Part shown: piece by piece, positions 9,764-13,915 of the stretch | Numbering within the stretch: position 1 is the stretch's first letter | How the letters are laid out: each line of letters opens with the position of its first letter | Source: Octopus sinensis | Lineage: Eukaryota | Length of the DNA stretch: 13,915 nucleotides | Direction of reading: 5' to 3' | Assembly: GCF_006345805.1 (NCBI RefSeq) | Contig: NW_021826073.1 | Coordinates: 1 to 13,915 of the forward strand | Program-made: the position numbers and the translations under genes | Notes under the pieces: generated by a model | Database searches by the model: none | What the model saw: only the letters and a program-made list of their open reading frames with translations | Told to the model about the DNA's origin: nothing

Positions 9764-9927
9764 ACATTTTCAAAAAGTACATATGCATGTGTGTACCTAT
9801 GCAACTATACCTATGAGTATACCTATGCATATATCGAAGTAAACATGTAGAAAACATGTAGCTCAGCAGAATGAGTGATTCCAAATGCTAGCAAATAGCC
9901 AGACTGGCACTTATAATCTAAACCTAC

Positions 9928-10077
9928 ATGTTCGCCGACGTGAAGTCTTGAAGGATTTTGGTTGGAGAACAATATTTCTTCATAAGAATAACAATATTTC
10001 CACATAAGAGTTGGCAGACGTCTTGTTGACTTACTTGGATCTCGTTTAGAAACCCTCTCTGTCTCCATTGCCAGAAT
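9928..10077 (-). CDS. Candidate internal coding exon, copy 2 (150 nt, frame-preserving), unidentified protein
   Basis: Polypyrimidine acceptor ttttattcctAG, then 150 nt open in phase 0 (ILAMETERVSKRDPSKSTRRLPTLMWKYCYSYEEILFSNQNPSRLHVGEH), then donor GTAGGT. It is complex sequence amid AT-rich repeats. A second frame (FWQWRQRGFLNEIQ...) is also open, and I do not recognise a homolog. Confidence 0.55.
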
Positions 10078-10448
10078 CTAGGAATAAAACTATATAATAA
10101 CATACATGTGTTGTTATATATGTTCATTACAGTGTTTATATACTTGCATTACAAACACACGTAAATTGATTATATACATCCATTCCATGCATATATAAAT
10201 ATATGCATATATTACATATATAAACTTATTGCTTGTATAAATGTACCACACACAACATCGGTAGCATTTTTATTCTGAAAAAGTGTAGCTCTCATTAATT
10301 GCTTTATTTCTCACACATACACATTCTTAGTGTCCCTAATTATTTTTAGTCAGTAATTGAGCATTTTCAAAAAATGAAGTCTTAAATCGATCTATCTAAC
10401 TATCTTACTATTTATCTATGTATCTATCGCTCTCTCTCTCTCTCTCTC

Positions 10449-10522
<74 letters not shown>

Positions 10523-10681
10523 TATATATATATCATCAAAATAAGCAACAAGAATGACTCCGGTAATTTGGTACAATTGTTTCGCACTACATCATTTTAT
10601 TAAATGTTGTAAGTATTACAACATATTATATATATATATATCACATATATATTAGAGTATATATATCATATATATATTAGA

Positions 10682-10772
10682 GGAGGCTCTTAGTAATAAC
10701 AGTGTAGCAAAACGGCGGTGCATCAGCATGGATGCAGCTCTGAGCTGAGACTAGCAAAAAAAAAAAGAAAAA
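10682..10772 (+). mobile_element. 91-bp severely 5'-truncated retroposon end with A-rich tail and 8-bp TSD
   Basis: GGCGGTGCATCAGCATGGATGCAGCTCTGAGCTGAGACTAG plus an A-tail matches the LINE/SINE-A tail. ATATTAGA occurs at 10674-10681 and 10773-10780. Confidence 0.7.
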
Positions 10773-11149
10773 ATATTAGATAGATATATGCATTGTATAT
10801 ATGTATATATATATACACACAGCCAGATACATACACTTATTATCGCACACTTTTTATTTGTATATACATATACATGTAGGAATCTCTCTTATTTTCTCAT
10901 TATATATATATACATTTACAACACACACATGATTACACACAGATTTTTACATGGATACGTAAGTATATGTATACCTATCCATCTATTTCGCCATATACAT
11001 GTGTGTGTATGTGTGGGTGAGTGTTAATTTTGCAAAGAAAAGGTAGAAAATTTTAAAGAATTCTCAGCCTCTATCTTCTTCATCGAAGATAGACATTTTG
11101 TGATTTCTGTGTCTGTTAAATTGCCATCTCTTCTGTCTCTCATTTTGTG

Positions 11150-11190
11150 GCTCTCTCACGCTCTCTCTGTCTCCATCCATCTCCCTTCTA

Positions 11191-11254
<64 letters not shown>

Positions 11255-11310
11255 TTATCTATCTATCCATCCATCTATCTATCTATCTATCCATCTATTT
11301 ATCTATCTAT
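11150..11310. repeat. (CT)n/(TATC)n microsatellite
   Basis: Directly visible. Confidence 0.9.
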
Positions 11311-11618
11311 CCGCCTCGCTCGCTGGCACTTCCTCTGAGAAACTGAGAGCGCTGTATGTCAGAGACAGATGGACAGACACACTGATAAACAATACAAAAT
11401 ATGCAGTCCGTGCATGTTAACAAGTGTGCGTTCGTGAGAGTCTAGTGTTGATGTTTTTTTTTTTAAAGTATACTTTTAATGGACAAAGAAACAACGACAA
11501 AAGAAGCACGGAATTAAAAAAAATAAAGGAAGCCAGACTGAATTCCTTTACAAGCAGTTGTCGAGTTATGCGAAATACAGTTTTCTCCAGTACCACAGTT
11601 AAGGACAAGATTTAACTC

Positions 11619-12028
11619 AATATTGGAAGGACTGGTACCAAACTTTGGAATAAAGGGCTATACCAAACCACGAACAGGACGTCACTGTGCTGTCCCCACT
11701 GTGCCGACTGCTACATCTCGGGCAAGGACGATGTACTGCAATAGCTTGGGTTCCAAGAGTCCACAGCTGTTTAACTGTGTGCCGAAGCATCTGAGGAGCC
11801 TCCATGGAGTGGATGTAGACGTTTTCAACCGGGAACTTGACCTCTGGCTCTCCGAGATCACGGATGAGCCAATATCTAAGCGAGAAACTCAAAGGAGGGC
11901 AGTAGCATCGAACACCATCCTGCAGCAAAAGCCACTCCGACGAGGGTGAAAAGTGAAAAGATAATTACAATGGCGTGCCCCAGCATGGCCACTGTCATTG
12001 GACTGAAACATATAAAAGAATAAAAGAA
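11619..12028 (+). mobile_element. 5'-truncated LINE (CR1/L2-group-like): ORF2 C-terminus plus 3' UTR
   Basis: The peptide ILEGLVPNFGI..RTGRHC.VP..CNSLG...PQLFN.VPKHLR.LHGVDVDVF.RELDLWLS.I.DEP resembles the post-RT C-terminus of invertebrate CR1-like ORF2 proteins (N.LP..LR...FK..LD.FL motif). Stop at 11947-11949, then a short 3' UTR ending in (TAAAAGAA)2. Confidence 0.85.
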
Positions 12029-12192
12029 TTGCTGAGTGTAAAGGGGGCGCTAATATATATGTTGAAGTGCGCAATTCATTAATATCGCAACGTTCCATTT
12101 TTGTATTTTGTATGCAACATATTTCATGTGAATGCCAGTGATCAAACAGATTTTTTATATCGCGGCAGGGGTATTACGCCAATAATAAACAC

Positions 12193-12549
12193 CAGTCCCA
12201 CTGCGTGGCACCTTGGGTAAGTGTCTTCTGCTATAGCCCCGGGCCGACCAAAGCCTTGTGAGTGGTTTGGTAGACGGAAACTGAAAGAAGCCCGTCGTAT
12301 ATTTACATATATAAATGTGTGTGTGTGGAGGGGGTATGTTTGTGTGTCTGTGTTTGCCCTCCCAACATCGCTTGACAACCGATGGTGGTGTGTTTACGTC
12401 CCCGTCACTTAGCGGTTCGGCAAAAAAGATCGATAGAATAAGTACTAGGCTTACAAACAATAAGTCCTGGAGTCGATTTGCTCGACTAAAGACGGTGCTG
12501 AAGCATGGCCGCAGTCAAATAACTGAAACAAGTAAACGAATAAAAGAAT
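12193..12549 (+). mobile_element. Family A SINE, 5'-truncated within the B-box
   Basis: Starts at CAGTCCCACTGCGTGGCACCTTGGGTAAGTGTCTTC, is colinear with 6893-7234 and has the same 3' tail. Confidence 0.92.
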
Positions 12550-12720
12550 ACTGTTTACGCTTTCTGTACACATAAATATGTATGTATATAGTTCATAGAT
12601 CAGAATCAAATATTCTCGGCATAAAATATATGAAGTGCTCGAGGGGTCTAAACTTGAGCGGTAGAGAAGGAATTGTAAGCATAAGGATAACAAATTTAGG
12701 CAGGTGAATATACAAAGTAT

Positions 12721-12848
12721 TATTATTTTCTACTCTAGGCACAAAACCTGAAAGTTTTGTGGAAGGTCTTAGTCGATTAGATCAACTCCAGTACGCAACT
12801 GGTACTTAATTTATCGACCCCCGAAAGGATGAAAGAAAAGTCGATCTC
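12721..12848 (-). mobile_element. 3' part of a family C SINE (Meta-domain-like central segment), ending at a (CA)n tract
   Basis: The minus strand reads TTTCATCCTTTCGGGGGTCGATAAATTAAGTACCAGTTGCGTACTGGAGTTGATCTAATCGACT...GTGCCTAGAGTAGAAAATAATAATA. The central motif resembles the MetaSINE domain as I recall it. Confidence 0.75.
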
Positions 12849-12886
<38 letters not shown>

Positions 12887-13092
12887 CTCTTATTTCCTTA
12901 CTATCCAACGTCCTTGTCTAAAATTTATATATATCGCATACACTGAGCCTTAAGTTACATGGAATACTTTGTAAATGTACCAAATCAGATATTCTATAAT
13001 TAGCATGCAACCATTAGTAGCCCTTTCGGTTGTATATTTAAAGTATGCGACAGGATTGAACGCAATTTTTACCTGACGATTTCACTCAGAAG

Positions 13093-13208
13093 ACATTGGC
13101 CAGACCAGGGATATATTTTGAGGTCCCTTGTCCTACGTGCCGCGTAACGAAACTGAAACCGAAGTGCGTGGTTGTAAAGCGAACTTTTCAACCGCACAGT
13201 TATGCCTG
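13093..13208 (-). mobile_element. Degraded 5' half of a family A-like SINE
   Basis: CTTGTCCTACGTGCCGCGTAACGAAACTGAAACCGAAG..GTGGTTGTAAAGCGAACTTTTCAACCGCACAGTTATGCCTG parallels 8600-8680. Confidence 0.65.
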
Positions 13209-13684
13209 TCATTTTATGTTTTATGCTTCAAAACTGTAACATGACTTAAGAAGATATAGCTGCGTCTTCATGTACGTGGGGGGAGCACCTACCTACAAGG
13301 AAGCCACACCGGCTGTGATTTTGCTGTATGTTTACAGTGAAATAATATGTAGAATAGCGAGTGCCTTCGTTTGCTGAGTGTTATTCAATGACAAACATGG
13401 CAAAGATCAAATCAAAACTTCACTGAGTTGTGACCCGCCTTAAGTTTACGCTGTTTTCATTTGGTTTTCAAATATTTAGTCAAAGTATAAGGCGGAAAGG
13501 TTGTGACCCTTCTGCTATTTTCTCTCATCGCCCCACGCATAGTAGAGAGTTCGATGCCTGGATAAGATTTGTGCAGGTTGTTGCCTGTAGGATAAGGTAT
13601 GGACGAGGAAGATATTCCTGAAGACGTTAATTCTCGATAGTTTTAACTAGGCTGGAAATACGTATATAGCGTGGTGTCAGGTGG

Positions 13685-13885
13685 AAGTAGGGAAGAGGTT
13701 TCGGATGTGAAAGAGAAACGATGGAAAGAGAGATGGTAATAGATGCATAAAATTAAGAAAGAAAGAGAAAAAAAGAGTGGGAGAGAGTGTAGGAGAGACA
13801 GAGAGAAAATAGAGAAAAATTATGAGATAAGGAAAAAGAGAAAAGCGGAGCGGTGGGGATGTTCGTGGTGGTGGAAGAGGACAAG
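13685..13885. repeat. Purine-rich (GA) low-complexity tract
   Basis: Directly visible strand-biased A/G sequence. Confidence 0.7.
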
Positions 13886-13915
13886 ATGTTATTCACAAAA
13901 CTATCCCTCTCTCTT

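Larger units (their letters stand above)
8345..10510. repeat. ~1.09-kb two-copy tandem duplication (units about 8345-9430 and 9431-10510)
   Basis: The non-microsatellite cores 8520-9350 and 9600-10430 are nearly identical, with about ten 1-2 bp indels and about one substitution by eye. The junctions lie in (CT)n(TA)n(GA)n(GATA)n tracts. Confidence 0.95.

Noticed and set aside
11424-11615. 63-aa ORF as an upstream extension of the LINE ORF2
   Set aside because: It ends in a stop before the LINE-like peptide, is in a different frame and shows no RT motifs. The LINE is 5'-truncated at about 11619.
13543-13596. Possible 54-nt plus-strand exon (pyrimidine tract...AG, AAG|GTATGG)
   Set aside because: Splice-like motifs alone are common, the peptide is unrecognisable, and it is on the opposite strand to the better exon candidate.

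Overview
AT-rich, microsatellite- and transposon-dense eukaryotic DNA, not prokaryotic: no operon, CRISPR array, rRNA or intact long ORF is visible. The SINE families look like those I recall from octopus (coleoid cephalopod) genomes, which is an inference. The window is most likely intronic or intergenic. Contents: (1) a complete ~393-bp non-autonomous Helitron (486-878); (2) at least three tRNA-derived SINE families in about 14 full or partial copies, including a ~95% identical inverted pair (5857-6700) in which each copy has its own target-site duplication; (3) the 3' end of a CR1/L2-group LINE (11619-12028) whose 3' tail is shared with SINE family A and with a 91-bp truncated insertion, with compensatory changes in the tail stem-loop; (4) a 39-bp inverted-repeat pair enclosing a headless SINE (911-1451); (5) a ~1.09-kb tandem duplication (about 8345-10510). 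Each duplicated unit carries a candidate 150-nt, frame-preserving, minus-strand exon of an unidentified gene, and the indel-dominated differences suggest a possible assembly artefact. Most ORFs in the supplied track are translations of microsatellites or SINEs. I see no convincing new multi-gene system; the interesting biology here is mobile-element and RNA-structure biology.
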